NCBI GenBank assembly: GCA_036276695.1
Contig: DASUOI010000030.1
Location: 1-46,400 of the forward strand
Direction: 5' to 3'
Source: Candidatus Saccharimonadales bacterium
GTDB lineage: Bacteria; Patescibacteriota; Saccharimonadia; Saccharimonadales; 2-12-FULL-41-12
DNA length: 46,400 nt
Shown here: positions 9,603 to 21,911 of the stretch, piece by piece
How the letters are laid out: the number at the start of each line of letters is the position of its first letter
Numbering within the stretch: the first letter of the stretch is position 1
Program-made: the position numbers and the translations under genes
Notes under the pieces: model-generated
Seen by the model: only the letters and a program-made list of their open reading frames with translations
The model's database searches: none
Told to the model about the DNA's origin: nothing

Positions 9603-11429
9603 ATGTGCGGCATAATCGGTTATATCGGTAAGCAAGACACTGCCAAGGACTTCGTCATGGACGGCCTCCGCGCCTTGGAATACCGGGGTTACGACTCCGC
9701 CGGCTTAGCCATCCTCAACGACCAGGACCTTATCTTCAAGCAAAAAGGCCGGGTTGAAGCACTCGCGGATAACATTGCCGACTTTAAGATTAATTCATCA
9801 ATAGGTATCGGCCACACCCGCTGGGCGACCCACGGTTCGCCGACGGATGAAAATGCCCACCCCCACTTCAACAAAGAAAAGACTATTTTCGTAGTACACA
9901 ACGGTATCATCGAAAACTATAGGGAGATAAAAGAAAAACTATCCGCCGAAGGCTATGAGTTCCTGTCCGAGACCGATACGGAAGTCATCCCCCACCTGAT
10001 AGATTTCTACTTAAAGCAATCCGGCGATTTCGCCGCTGCTTTCTCAGCCGCTTTGAATGACCTGGAAGGAGCTTACGCCATATGCGCTATATATAAATCT
10101 CGTCCGGACGTAATGTACGCCGCCAGACTGTCCAGCCCCATCGTGGTGGGCGTTGGCGACGGAGAATATTTTGTAGCTTCAGACCCGAGCGCGCTTATCC
10201 ACAAGACCAAAAAAGTCATTTTCCTGAAAGATTATGAGATAGCCGAAATAACCAAAAATAAAGTCAAAGTCCACAACTTCAAAGAGTTCAGCAAAGCCGT
10301 CAGCGAAGTCGAAGAGCTGGATTACGACGCGGAAGAAACATCCTTAGGCAGATTCCCCAACTACATGCTAAAGGAAATCAACGAAGTCCCCAGCGCCATA
10401 GAAAACGCCATACGAGGACGCATAAAAGCAGATATAAGCACGGTGAAGCTAGGCGGGCTGGATGCCGTCCAGGAACAACTGGAGTTCATAGACCGCATTA
10501 ACATAGTAGCTTGCGGTACTTCCTACTACGCCGGGCTGGTGGGCGAATACCTTATAGAGGAAATCGCCAAGATACCGGTAGAAGTACAGCTAGCCAGTGA
10601 GTTCAAATACCGGCAGGAGCCCTTTTCCCGCGGGACGGCTATAATTGCCATTTCCCAATCCGGCGAAACTGCCGACACCATTTCCGCGCTCAAAAAAGTC
10701 GAAAACTATGGAATCTTAAAGCTAGGTATAGTAAATTCCGTCGGCTCAACAATTGCCCGCATTACAGACGCCGGAGTCTACTGCCACGCCGGACCGGAAC
10801 AATCCGTCGCCAGCACAAAAGCATTCATAGCCCAGGTAACTATCCTGTGTGAAATAGCCTTGAGCCTCTCCAAAGGCCAAAGCAAGCTGTACCAGCCCCT
10901 GCTGGAAGAGCTGGAGAAACTGCCTAAAAAGGCCGAGGCAGTCTTGGCTTTATCCGACGAAATCAAAACCTTAGCCAAAAAATATGCCAATAAGCGGGAT
11001 TTCCTTTACATCGGCCGGGGCTATCTATACCCCTGTGCGCTGGAAGGCGCTCTGAAGCTAAAGGAAATATCATACATCCACGCCGAAGGCTGCAGCGCCG
11101 GCGAGATGAAGCACGGCCCGCTAGCCATGATAGACGAAGACTTTCCGACGGTAGCCTTCACTTGCGACGGACCTTTATTAGAAAAAACTCTGTCTAACAT
11201 AGAAGAAATCAAAGCCAGAAAAGGCCCGGTCATAGCTTTTGCGACCGAAGGCAATAAAAAGATTAAAAGCCTAGCTGACGACGTAGTGTACCTACCAAAT
11301 ACCGTGGAACAGCTCCAGCCTATACTATCCGTGATTGCCGCCCAGCTTTTCGCCTACCATGTGGCTATGGAAAAGGGCTTGGACGTAGACCGGCCCCGCA
11401 ACCTCGCCAAATCCGTCACCGTCGAATAA
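9603..11429 (+). CDS. glmS: Glutamine--fructose-6-phosphate aminotransferase (isomerizing)
   Basis: 'MCGIIGY' N-terminal nucleophile, two SIS domains and the C-terminal 'PRNLAKSVTVE'. Length is 608 aa. Confidence 0.97.
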   Translation: MCGIIGYIGKQDTAKDFVMDGLRALEYRGYDSAGLAILNDQDLIFKQKGRVEALADNIADFKINSSIGIGHTRWATHGSPTDENAHPHFNKEKTIFVVHNGIIENYREIKEKLSAEGYEFLSETDTEVIPHLIDFYLKQSGDFAAAFSAALNDLEGAYAICAIYKSRPDVMYAARLSSPIVVGVGDGEYFVASDPSALIHKTKKVIFLKDYEIAEITKNKVKVHNFKEFSKAVSEVEELDYDAEETSLGRFPNYMLKEINEVPSAIENAIRGRIKADISTVKLGGLDAVQEQLEFIDRINIVACGTSYYAGLVGEYLIEEIAKIPVEVQLASEFKYRQEPFSRGTAIIAISQSGETADTISALKKVENYGILKLGIVNSVGSTIARITDAGVYCHAGPEQSVASTKAFIAQVTILCEIALSLSKGQSKLYQPLLEELEKLPKKAEAVLALSDEIKTLAKKYANKRDFLYIGRGYLYPCALEGALKLKEISYIHAEGCSAGEMKHGPLAMIDEDFPTVAFTCDGPLLEKTLSNIEEIKARKGPVIAFATEGNKKIKSLADDVVYLPNTVEQLQPILSVIAAQLFAYHVAMEKGLDVDRPRNLAKSVTVE

Positions 11430-11452
11430 AAAGTTACTGTTAAAATAAAGTC

Positions 11453-12235
11453 ATGAAAGATTTGTTGGATGACGTTATTAAAATTGCCCGGGAAGCCGGA
11501 AAAGCCATCATTGAAATATATAATTCCGATGAGTTCGAGGTAGAAAATAAAGACGACAAAGGCTACATCTCCCCGCTGACCCAAGCCGACAAAGCTTCTC
11601 ACGAAGTCATCCAGGCAGGCTTATCAAACATCTCAGAGTACCCGATAATCTCCGAAGAAGGGGCGCAGGACTTCCAGACTGCGGACAAATTCTGGTTAGT
11701 TGACCCGATGGATGGTACTAAGGAGTTTATTAGCCGAAACGGCGAATTCACAGTAAATATTGCTCTGGTCGAAAACGGCCAGCCTGTATTAGGGGTGGTC
11801 TATGCACCGGCTTTAAATACCCTCTACGCTTCAGCGGACGGCAAAGCGTTTAAGATTGACTCTAGAGACAACAAAACAGAGCTAAAGCCTGACCCAAGCA
11901 AAAGAGACACACCTAAGATAGTGGTCAGCAGAAACCATAAAGGGGAGCAGCTAGCCGAAATCCTTAGCCAGTTCGGCCCGCATGAGGAAACAGACGTCGG
12001 CTCTTCACTAAAATTCTGTTATCTGGCTGAAGGCAAAGCCCAAGCATACCCCCGGTTCGTACCGACTTATCTTTGGGATACCGCGGCAGCAGACGCCGTG
12101 TTAAGAGCTACCGGCGGACAGATAAGAAGCCTGGACGGCAACAATCTGGTTTACGAACCCGGCGAGAATATAAAAAATCCGTTTTTTATAGCTACAGCAA
12201 GCGGCCAGGAATACTTGTTCGATAAATTCGTTTAG
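11453..12235 (+). CDS. cysQ: 3'(2'),5'-bisphosphate nucleotidase (PAP phosphatase)
   Basis: 'FWLVDPMDGTKEFISRNGEFTVNIALVENGQPVLGVVYAP' and 'GSSLKFCYLAEGKAQAYPRFVPTYLWDTAAADAV' closely follow the E. coli CysQ signature regions. Confidence 0.85.
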   Translation: MKDLLDDVIKIAREAGKAIIEIYNSDEFEVENKDDKGYISPLTQADKASHEVIQAGLSNISEYPIISEEGAQDFQTADKFWLVDPMDGTKEFISRNGEFTVNIALVENGQPVLGVVYAPALNTLYASADGKAFKIDSRDNKTELKPDPSKRDTPKIVVSRNHKGEQLAEILSQFGPHEETDVGSSLKFCYLAEGKAQAYPRFVPTYLWDTAAADAVLRATGGQIRSLDGNNLVYEPGENIKNPFFIATASGQEYLFDKFV

Positions 12236-13605
12236 CTTCGGCCCACGCCTATGAGCTCTAGTCCGGGTTGGGAAGCCTCGTTTGCGTCATAAATGTTCAT
12301 GCAGTCAACCAGCACATTACCGGCCATAGCTGTTTTTAGCTCAGCCAGGTTCATTGACTTAAACTCCGGCCAATCAGTAGCCACAAACACCGCATCAGCG
12401 CCTTTGACCGCGTCTGAAGACGACGAAACGACATTTACCGCATCAGACAAGTCTTCCTTCGCTTCATTATTTGCCTCCGGGTCATATGCGTTCACCACCG
12501 CGCCGGTTTCAGCCAAGATATTAGCAATGCCAACACCTGGGGATTTACGCGCGTCGCTGGTTCCGGCTTTGAACGAAAGCCCTAAGACCGCAATCTTCTT
12601 GTCTTTAAAATCGCCGATTTTGGAGCTAGTTTTGCTAACTATATATTCCGGCATTTGTTTGTTCAGCTCATCCGCCGCTTTCATTATCTGCAAGTCAACG
12701 CCGAATGACTGCGCACTGCTGATAAGACCTTTGACGTCTTTAGGGAAGCATCCGCCTCCATACCCGCGCCCGGCATTTAAAAACGCTCTGCCTATCCTTG
12801 GGTCTGCTCCGGTAGCGTACATAACTTCCTTCACATCCGCCTCCGTCTTATCCGCCAGCTGAGCAATTGAGTTAGCGAAAGATATCTTAAGCGCCAAGAA
12901 CGCGTTAGCAGTGACTTTTATAAGTTCCGCGCTGTCTAAGTTAGTCGCTATATACTCGCCCTTTATTTCCTTTGGTTTAAGACCTGCCAGCTCGGCGATT
13001 GCTTTTTGGTTTTCTTCAACATCCTTATACAGGCCTAGGACTTGCTCTACCGCCTGCTTGTCACTACCGCCTACTACTATCCGATCAAAAAACAGGGTAT
13101 CTAGCACCGCCGTGCCCTCACGCAAAAATTCAGGGTTGGAGGTGTAGGCTACATCTTTGTCTTTGAATACTTCTAGGACTTTCCTGCCTGTTCCTACTGG
13201 AACCGTGCTCTTTTGTATATAGATTGAACCAGGCTTTACGTGCTTGGCGCATTCCTCCGCCGCGGCAAAGACATAGTCCAGGTTGGAGCTTCCATCCGGC
13301 CTGTCCGGCGTCCCCACGCAAGAGAAAACGAACTTACTGTTTGAAACGGCCTCTTCATATGAAGCAGTCGGGATGAGGCTACCGCTGTCTACTGCGTTCT
13401 TTATGAGCGGGTTTATACCTTCTTCATAAAAAAACGACCTGCCCTCCCTTAGTGCCTGCAGGCGGTCATCGCTAATATCCAGCGCATAAACTTTATACCC
13501 GGCATTAGCTAAGATTGCCGAAGTAGTAACTCCGACGTAACCGGTGCCTAATACCGCAACGGTTTTTTGTTCATCAGCCTTAGGGCTCTCCCCGCTATTT
13601 TGCAT
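12232..13605 (-). CDS. ugd: UDP-glucose 6-dehydrogenase (nucleotide-sugar dehydrogenase family)
   Basis: N-terminal 'VAVLGTGYVGVTT' NAD-binding site and catalytic-Cys motif 'GYGGGCFPKDV'. Length is 457 aa. Confidence 0.88.
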   Translation of the reverse strand: MQNSGESPKADEQKTVAVLGTGYVGVTTSAILANAGYKVYALDISDDRLQALREGRSFFYEEGINPLIKNAVDSGSLIPTASYEEAVSNSKFVFSCVGTPDRPDGSSNLDYVFAAAEECAKHVKPGSIYIQKSTVPVGTGRKVLEVFKDKDVAYTSNPEFLREGTAVLDTLFFDRIVVGGSDKQAVEQVLGLYKDVEENQKAIAELAGLKPKEIKGEYIATNLDSAELIKVTANAFLALKISFANSIAQLADKTEADVKEVMYATGADPRIGRAFLNAGRGYGGGCFPKDVKGLISSAQSFGVDLQIMKAADELNKQMPEYIVSKTSSKIGDFKDKKIAVLGLSFKAGTSDARKSPGVGIANILAETGAVVNAYDPEANNEAKEDLSDAVNVVSSSSDAVKGADAVFVATDWPEFKSMNLAELKTAMAGNVLVDCMNIYDANEASQPGLELIGVGRS

Positions 13606-13633
13606 GATTATATATTCAATGAATCCTGTGTAT

Positions 13634-14179
13634 TTAGCAAGCTTTGGGTGCCCACAGGCCTATTTCATTCTTTTTGGCTTCAGCTTGGGCTTGCCTGAAC
13701 TCAGCCTGCAAGTCGTATGGTTCTATAAAAGTAAATTCCTGCGCATAACCTTCGGCTATCATCAGTCGGTTTAAGTTTGTGTCGTCTTCTAAAACTACAT
13801 ACCTAAGCAACCGCCCGTAAATATCCCGGTTGTCCTGGCTGTTGTCAACCTCCAGCTTGATTTGTTGCCCCGCCAAGGCCCTTTGGGCTCTGGACTTAGC
13901 TTCGCGGGCAAAACAGTCATCCGGCAGTTCTGGCGCGTCGATGCCTATCAGCCGTATTGATTCAACTTTGCCGTCCATGACCGCCTTTATGGTGTCGCCG
14001 TCTACTACGCTCTCAACCAGATAATATCCGGGGTCAACAGTAGCGTTTGTCGGACGGCCTTGCGGTCTTTCATACTTTGTAAGCAATATGATTCCAGCGA
14101 CTGCCGTAAGGCAAACTAGCAAAATTATAATCAGGCTTAGCTTAGCGGTGTTTTTTCTAGGTGTTATAATGCTTATCAT
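13634..14179 (-). CDS. Membrane-anchored or secreted thermonuclease (staphylococcal-nuclease/SNase fold)
   Basis: N-terminal TM helix, then 'VVDGDTIKAV...IRLIGIDAPE' and 'DRYGRLLRYV'-like 'DIYGRLLRYVVLED', followed by 'LMIAEGYA'. Confidence 0.8.
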   Translation of the reverse strand: MISIITPRKNTAKLSLIIILLVCLTAVAGIILLTKYERPQGRPTNATVDPGYYLVESVVDGDTIKAVMDGKVESIRLIGIDAPELPDDCFAREAKSRAQRALAGQQIKLEVDNSQDNRDIYGRLLRYVVLEDDTNLNRLMIAEGYAQEFTFIEPYDLQAEFRQAQAEAKKNEIGLWAPKAC

Positions 14180-14236
14180 TATACTAATTTAGATATGTTC
14201 TAGATAAAATAAAAAGTTAACAAAAGGAGAATACAA

Positions 14237-14554
14237 ATGGAAGCTGTTTTAATATTTGGTGCCTTAGGTGGTGTAGCAAGGGGGCTTGTCGGCTACCTGA
14301 AGCATTTTCAAGCCTACAAAAGCGTTAAGTTCGAGTGGAAATACTTTGGCATGGCAGTCGGCATATCCGCCGCTGTCGGCTTGGCGGTAGTCTGGTCTAT
14401 CGTTGATTCAGGTATTACCTTTGCCGAAGGCGTGGAAGTCAACGCCGGGCTAGCCATGATAATAGGCTATGCCGGCGGGGATGCTATAGAGAATTTATAT
14501 AAGATTATCTTAAAAAAGCCGGTACTAGGAACTTTCGGGGCTAAAAGGAAATAA
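14237..14554 (+). CDS. Small hydrophobic protein (about 3 TM helices), unknown function
   Basis: ATG preceded by AGGAG. The sequence is Gly/Ala-rich and hydrophobic with a basic C-terminus. I recognise no family. Confidence 0.4.
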   Translation: MEAVLIFGALGGVARGLVGYLKHFQAYKSVKFEWKYFGMAVGISAAVGLAVVWSIVDSGITFAEGVEVNAGLAMIIGYAGGDAIENLYKIILKKPVLGTFGAKRK

Positions 14555-14555
14555 A

Positions 14556-15419
14556 TCAGTTCTTGGCTACTTCCAGCAAATACTTGCCGTAGCCGGATTT
14601 TTTAAGCGGTTCAGCCAGTTTCAACAGCTGGGCTTTGTCAATGAAGCCCTGCTGGTAAGCGATTTCTTCAATACAGCCTATTTTCAAGCCTTGGCGCTGC
14701 TCTATGACTTGAACATATTGGGCTGCTTGATTCATGCTGACAAAAGTCCCCGTATCAAGCCAGGCGGTGCCTCTATCAAGCAGAACGACATTCAGTTTGC
14801 CCTTTCTTAGGTAGGCATTGTGAATCTCGGTTATTTCAATCTCGCCCCTTGCGCTGGGTTTTACGGATTTAGCTATATCAACCACGTCATTATCGAAGAA
14901 ATAAAGGCCCGGAATCGCATAGTGGGATTTAGGGTCGCTTGGCTTTTCTTCAATTGACTTAACATTGTTATTTGAATCAAATTCAACCACGCCATAGCGT
15001 TTCGGGTCGGAAACCGGATAGCCGAAAATTACTCCTCCGTCAGGGTCGGAAGCAGCCTGTAGTTTCAGCTCAAGGTCAGAGCCATAGAAAATATTATCTC
15101 CTAGTACCATGGCTACCTTCTCACCGTTGATAAAGTCCGCGCCCACTATGAACGCATCTGCCAGTCCGCGGGGTTCATCCTGGACCTTGTACGTAAAATT
15201 ACAGCCTATTTGCTCTCCGCTGCCCAGTAATTGTTCGAATCTAGGCAAATCCTGGGCTGTGGAGATAATTAATATATCTTTGATTCCAGCGCTCATCAAA
15301 GTGCTGAGCGGATAGTAAATCATGGGCTTGTCATAAATAGGAATAAGCTGTTTGCTGACTGCCAGTGTTATGGGATACAGGCGCGTACCGCTTCCGCCTG
15401 CTAATATTATTCCCTTCAT
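14556..15419 (-). CDS. rfbA: Glucose-1-phosphate thymidylyltransferase
   Basis: '[35 protein letters not shown]' is the canonical RmlA N-terminus. ATGA overlap with rmlD. Confidence 0.96.
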   Translation of the reverse strand: MKGIILAGGSGTRLYPITLAVSKQLIPIYDKPMIYYPLSTLMSAGIKDILIISTAQDLPRFEQLLGSGEQIGCNFTYKVQDEPRGLADAFIVGADFINGEKVAMVLGDNIFYGSDLELKLQAASDPDGGVIFGYPVSDPKRYGVVEFDSNNNVKSIEEKPSDPKSHYAIPGLYFFDNDVVDIAKSVKPSARGEIEITEIHNAYLRKGKLNVVLLDRGTAWLDTGTFVSMNQAAQYVQVIEQRQGLKIGCIEEIAYQQGFIDKAQLLKLAEPLKKSGYGKYLLEVAKN

Positions 15420-16272
15420 TTTTTACGCTCCTTCTCAATATATTTTACTAGATCGTCCTGCCAGCTTGGCGGATTAAACCCTGTGCTCTTGATTTTACTA
15501 AGGTCAAACGCACTGTTTAACGGTCTGGGCGCCGCGTCTTTTTTAGAGACGAAATATTCTTCCGTGGTTATGTCGTTAACTACCAAGTCTTTTCTGTCTA
15601 GGACTTCGAAGATAGTTCTGGTAACTTCAGCCCAGCTTGCCGGCGGACCGTCATTGCTGACGTTATAGATGCCATAAGCCTCCTTACGACTTAGCAGATG
15701 GTCGATAGCCTGCACCACGGTAGAAGTAAAAGTCAGCCGGCCGACTTGGTCGCTTACTACTTTGGGCGAGATGTTTTTTTCGGCTAGGCCCATCATCGTT
15801 TTGACGAAGTTCGGCCCATTACCGATAAGCCACGATGTACGCAAGATATAGTGTTTGCCGGCTGTGGCTATAGCTACATCGCCCGCGGCTTTGCTCTGGG
15901 CGTAAACCCCTAGGGGCGAAAGCGCCTCATCTTCAGCGTGTTCTTTTTCCTGCCCGTCAAAAACATATTCCGTAGAGACATGAACTATGGTGATGTCATT
16001 CTTATCAGCTATCTTAGCTAGAAGCCCCGCTGAACTGGCGTTTATAAGCCAGGCTAATTTGCGTCCCTCGCTGGTCTCGGCCTCGTCAACATTGGTATAT
16101 GCTGCGGCATTGATGATAATCTCTACATCCGACCAGTCAAACTCACTCAGCTGTTTTGCATCAGTTATATCCAGCTCGTTTTTATCAACAGCTTTAGCTT
16201 TAGGGTATTTTGACTGTAGCTCCGAGCCGAGCTGGCCATTAGCGCCGATTATCAATATTTTTGACTGGTCCA

Positions 16273-16273
<1 letters not shown>
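15416..16273 (-). CDS. rfbD: dTDP-4-dehydrorhamnose reductase
   Basis: '[11 protein letters not shown]' Rossmann motif, 'AAYTNVD', and 'STEYVFDG' with 'YAQSKAAGD' (YxxxK). The ATG at 16273 abuts the rmlC TGA. Confidence 0.92.
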
Positions 16274-18359
<2,086 letters not shown>

Positions 18360-18462
18360 TCATAATTCACACACTTGGATGTACAGTGCATTTTCTTAAC
18401 GAGCAACACACCGAACCGTACAATAAGTACGGTGAAGGAGTAGCGCAGATAGAAAGGATATT

Positions 18463-19224
18463 ATGAAGAAAAAGGTGATTGCTTTTGATCTGGATGGGAC
18501 CCTAAGCATCAGCAAATCCCAAGCTTCAGACAGAATGATAGAGCTGTTAAACGGGCTATTAGAAAAATATAAGGTTTGCGTAATATCCGGCGGTAAACTA
18601 ACGCAGTTTGAGATGCAAATCCTTGCCGGTTTGAAATCATCTGGCGACAATTTGGAAAATTTACACTTGATGCCCACCTGCGGTACACGTTATTACGTAT
18701 ACCAACCGGATGATAAGCGTTGGCACCAGGTTTACGCCGAAGACTTTACCAAGGAACAGAAAGATAAAATTTTCGAAGCCCTGGATAAAGGTCTGGACGA
18801 AACCAAACTCCGGCCAGAGCCCGGCAAACACTGGGGCGAACTTATAGAAGACCGCGGAAGCCAGATAACCCTATCCGTTTTGGGCCAGCAAGCACCGGTT
18901 GAAGCAAAAGACGCTTGGGACCCAGAAGACGTGAAGAAATACAAACTGCGCGATGCTATTGCTAAGAATATACCGGAATTTGAGGTTCGCGCCGGTGGGC
19001 TTACATCTATAGATGTGACCAAGCTAGGCATAGACAAGGCGTATGGAATGAACAAATTGATGGAAATCCTAGGCCTTAAAAAAGAAGATATATTATTTTT
19101 CGGCGACAAGATGCACGAAGGCGGAAATGACTATCCGGTAAAAGCTATGGGCATAGACAGCATTGCCGTTCGTGACTGGCAGGAAACTGCAGCCGCAATA
19201 GAAACCATCCTAATGGTTACTTAA
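18463..19224 (+). CDS. HAD-IIB family hydrolase (sugar-phosphate phosphatase or eukaryotic-type phosphomannomutase-like)
   Basis: 'VIAFDLDGTLS' is the DxDGT nucleophile motif. 'VISGG' is motif II, followed by a cap domain and 'FFGDKMHEGGNDYP' as motif IV. Confidence 0.65.
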   Translation: MKKKVIAFDLDGTLSISKSQASDRMIELLNGLLEKYKVCVISGGKLTQFEMQILAGLKSSGDNLENLHLMPTCGTRYYVYQPDDKRWHQVYAEDFTKEQKDKIFEALDKGLDETKLRPEPGKHWGELIEDRGSQITLSVLGQQAPVEAKDAWDPEDVKKYKLRDAIAKNIPEFEVRAGGLTSIDVTKLGIDKAYGMNKLMEILGLKKEDILFFGDKMHEGGNDYPVKAMGIDSIAVRDWQETAAAIETILMVT

Positions 19225-19251
19225 AACTGTAACCTGTCAGCTGTTCACTAA

Positions 19252-20883
19252 TCAGCTTTGAGCCTCAAGGTAGCCTTCGCTCTCTAGGTGTAGGACTATC
19301 TGGTTGGCTAACTCGTCAACATCATATTTCTGCGTGTCCAAAGTAATGTCCGCGTCAGCCGGTTCTTCATACGGGTCGGATATGCCAGTGAAGTGTTTTA
19401 TCTTTCCTGCTCTTGCCGCTTTATATAACCCTTTTCTATCGCGCCTTTCACACTCTTCTAACGAAGTATCTACATGCACCAGCAGAAAGCCTCCACCGAC
19501 TGACTGGATAGTTTGTTTTATTTCTTTTCTGACCTTGTCATACGGCGCAATCGGCGCGCATATGGCTATCCCGCCATGTTTGGATATCTCGCTGGCCACA
19601 TAGCCTATCCTGCGCACATTGATATCCCGATCTTTTTTAGAAAATCCTAATTCGCTGGATAAATTCTTACGCACTACATCCCCGTCCAGCAAGGTAACTG
19701 TGCGACGTCCCAGCTCCATCAGCTTGACCATCACGGCATTGGCTACCGTAGACTTGCCGGCCCCAGAAAGACCGGTGAAGAACACTGTGAAGCCTTTCTC
19801 ATATCTTGGTTTATGTGTCTTTTGTAGTTCTACCGCTACTTCCGGATAAGTAAACCAGCTCGGCAGGCCCTTGCCGTCTGAAAGCAAGGCTCTCAGTTCT
19901 GTTCCTGATAGGCTCATAGGCTCCATGCCCTCTGGCACTTCTTCTATAGGCATGTATCTCTCAAGCTCTCTTACGTAAACCATCATCTTAAACGGCACCA
20001 CTTCAACGCCGACTTCCTTGCTGTATTTTTCTGCCAATTGCTGAGCGTCATATGGGCCGTAAAAATCCTCGCCCTTAGAGTTTTTGCCCGGTCCGGCATG
20101 GTCACGCCCAACTATAAAGTGAGTCACTCCATAATTTTTGCGAATTATCATATGCCATAGCGCCTCCCTTGGCCCGCCCATGCGCATAGCTAACGGGAGC
20201 AGGGATATCATGGCCGTACCCTGCGGGAACTTTTTTATAACTTCTTGGTAGACCCTCACTCGGGTGTAGTGGTCCACATCTCCCGGTTTGGTCATGCCGA
20301 CGACCGGGTGTATAAGCAAGCTTGCCTCCGTTTGTTTTGACGCCCGTAGAGCCAGCTCTACGTGCGCCCTGTGCATAGGATTCCTTGTCTGAAAGGCAAC
20401 TATTTTTGTCCACCCCATTTTCTTAAAGTGCTCTTTTAGCTGTTTAGGAGTGTAGCGGTGTTCGGTAAAGTCATAATGCGTAGGTAGCTCTTTAGCTTCC
20501 AGCTTCCCGCCTACGTAATACTCCCCGGCTTTATTCTTCATGTAGTACACGGCTGGGTGGGCTTCGTCATCTGCTCCAAATACTTGTTCGGCTTCTTTGG
20601 ATTTATCCGGCTTCCACACATCTCCAACCGTCAGGATTGCTAGAACTATCCCTTCTTGGTCACGCAGTTCTACTTTATCGTTCTTTTTTAGGGACTTGGC
20701 TGTTTGCACGTTTACGTCAAGTGTTATCGGCATCGGCCAGAGCTTGCCGCTTTTAAGCCGCATATCTTTACAGACGGATTCATAATCTTCTTTGTTCAAA
20801 AAACCTTCCAACGGTGCAAACCCTCCGTTGGTTATCATTTCAACATCACAAATTTGTCTAGGCGTTAAACTGATTTCTTTCAC
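19252..20883 (-). CDS. Bifunctional sulfate adenylyltransferase / adenylylsulfate kinase (PAPS synthase, Sat-CysC fusion)
   Basis: GTG start with AGGAG upstream. ATP-sulfurylase motifs are 'FQTRNPMHRAHVEL', 'HPVVGMTKPGDVDH' and 'IVGRDHAGPG'. The C-terminal APS kinase has the P-loop 'FFTGLSGAGKSTVA' and 'LDGDVVRKNLSSELGFSKKDRDINVRRIGYVA'. Confidence 0.92.
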   Translation of the reverse strand: MKEISLTPRQICDVEMITNGGFAPLEGFLNKEDYESVCKDMRLKSGKLWPMPITLDVNVQTAKSLKKNDKVELRDQEGIVLAILTVGDVWKPDKSKEAEQVFGADDEAHPAVYYMKNKAGEYYVGGKLEAKELPTHYDFTEHRYTPKQLKEHFKKMGWTKIVAFQTRNPMHRAHVELALRASKQTEASLLIHPVVGMTKPGDVDHYTRVRVYQEVIKKFPQGTAMISLLPLAMRMGGPREALWHMIIRKNYGVTHFIVGRDHAGPGKNSKGEDFYGPYDAQQLAEKYSKEVGVEVVPFKMMVYVRELERYMPIEEVPEGMEPMSLSGTELRALLSDGKGLPSWFTYPEVAVELQKTHKPRYEKGFTVFFTGLSGAGKSTVANAVMVKLMELGRRTVTLLDGDVVRKNLSSELGFSKKDRDINVRRIGYVASEISKHGGIAICAPIAPYDKVRKEIKQTIQSVGGGFLLVHVDTSLEECERRDRKGLYKAARAGKIKHFTGISDPYEEPADADITLDTQKYDVDELANQIVLHLESEGYLEAQS

Positions 20884-20933
20884 GTTTCTCCTTTATTATC
20901 AGTAAACAATTATATACTGTAAAATACATTGTG

Positions 20934-21875
20934 ATGAAACTCTTTGTTCAAATACCCTGTCTTAATGAGGAAGACACTCTTCCCGATGTTTTAGAAACCA
21001 TACCAATAAAAATAGGCGGGATAGATTCCATAGATATTCTAATCATTGATGATGGGTCAACTGATAAAACTATAGAAATCGCTAAAAAACATGGCGTAAA
21101 GCACTTTGTAATGCACAGGAAGAATCAAGGTTTAGCCAAATCATTTTCCGATGGATTGGATTATTGTTTATCTCACGGTGCAGACATTATTGTTAATACT
21201 GACGGCGATAACCAATACCCCCAACAAGACATCCCAAAATTAGTCCAGCCTATACTAGATAAAAAAGCTGAAATCGTAATAGCCGACAGGCAAACAGACA
21301 AAATTGAACACTTTTCTCCTATCAAAAAATTCTTTCAGAAGTTTGGCAGCTGGGTGGTCAACAAAGCGGCTGGCACAAACCTTCCGGACGCAGCCAGCGG
21401 TTTCCGGGCTTATTCTAAAGAAGCGGCAGTACGAATTAATGTAATCACGACTTTCAGCTACTGCATGGAGACCATTATTCATGCCGGCAACAAGCGCATC
21501 CCGATAGAAAGCGTCAAGATAATTACCAACCCAAAAACTCGGGAGTCTCGCCTGTTTAAAAATATGTGGCAGCATATGTATAAATCCGGGTTGGCTATAA
21601 TCCGAAGCTTCACCATGCACAAGCCTTATGTAATTTTTATGAATTTAGGCTTAGTACTATTTGTTTTGGGCTTAATCCCGTTTATTCGCTACGGAGTTAT
21701 TTATATCTCCGGAGACAGAGGTGAACATATTCAATCTTTGATACTGGGCGTAATACTCTTATTTGCCGCAATGATATCTTTTGCTCTCGGTATAATTGCT
21801 GATTTAATAAGAACAAACAGGATATTGATAGAGGACACCCTAGAAAGAACCAAAAAAATCCAACACAAAAAATAG
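20934..21875 (+). CDS. GT2 polyprenyl-phosphate glycosyltransferase (GtrB/ArnC/Dpm1-like) with 2 C-terminal TM helices
   Basis: 'VQIPCLNEEDTL', 'IIDDGSTDKT' and 'NTDGDNQYP' (DxD) are present, with two hydrophobic helices at the C-terminus. An alternative GTG start lies at 20931. Confidence 0.8.
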   Translation: MKLFVQIPCLNEEDTLPDVLETIPIKIGGIDSIDILIIDDGSTDKTIEIAKKHGVKHFVMHRKNQGLAKSFSDGLDYCLSHGADIIVNTDGDNQYPQQDIPKLVQPILDKKAEIVIADRQTDKIEHFSPIKKFFQKFGSWVVNKAAGTNLPDAASGFRAYSKEAAVRINVITTFSYCMETIIHAGNKRIPIESVKIITNPKTRESRLFKNMWQHMYKSGLAIIRSFTMHKPYVIFMNLGLVLFVLGLIPFIRYGVIYISGDRGEHIQSLILGVILLFAAMISFALGIIADLIRTNRILIEDTLERTKKIQHKK

Positions 21876-21911
21876 CATTAATCACGACTAGTCAGCATAT
21901 TTGAGAATATC

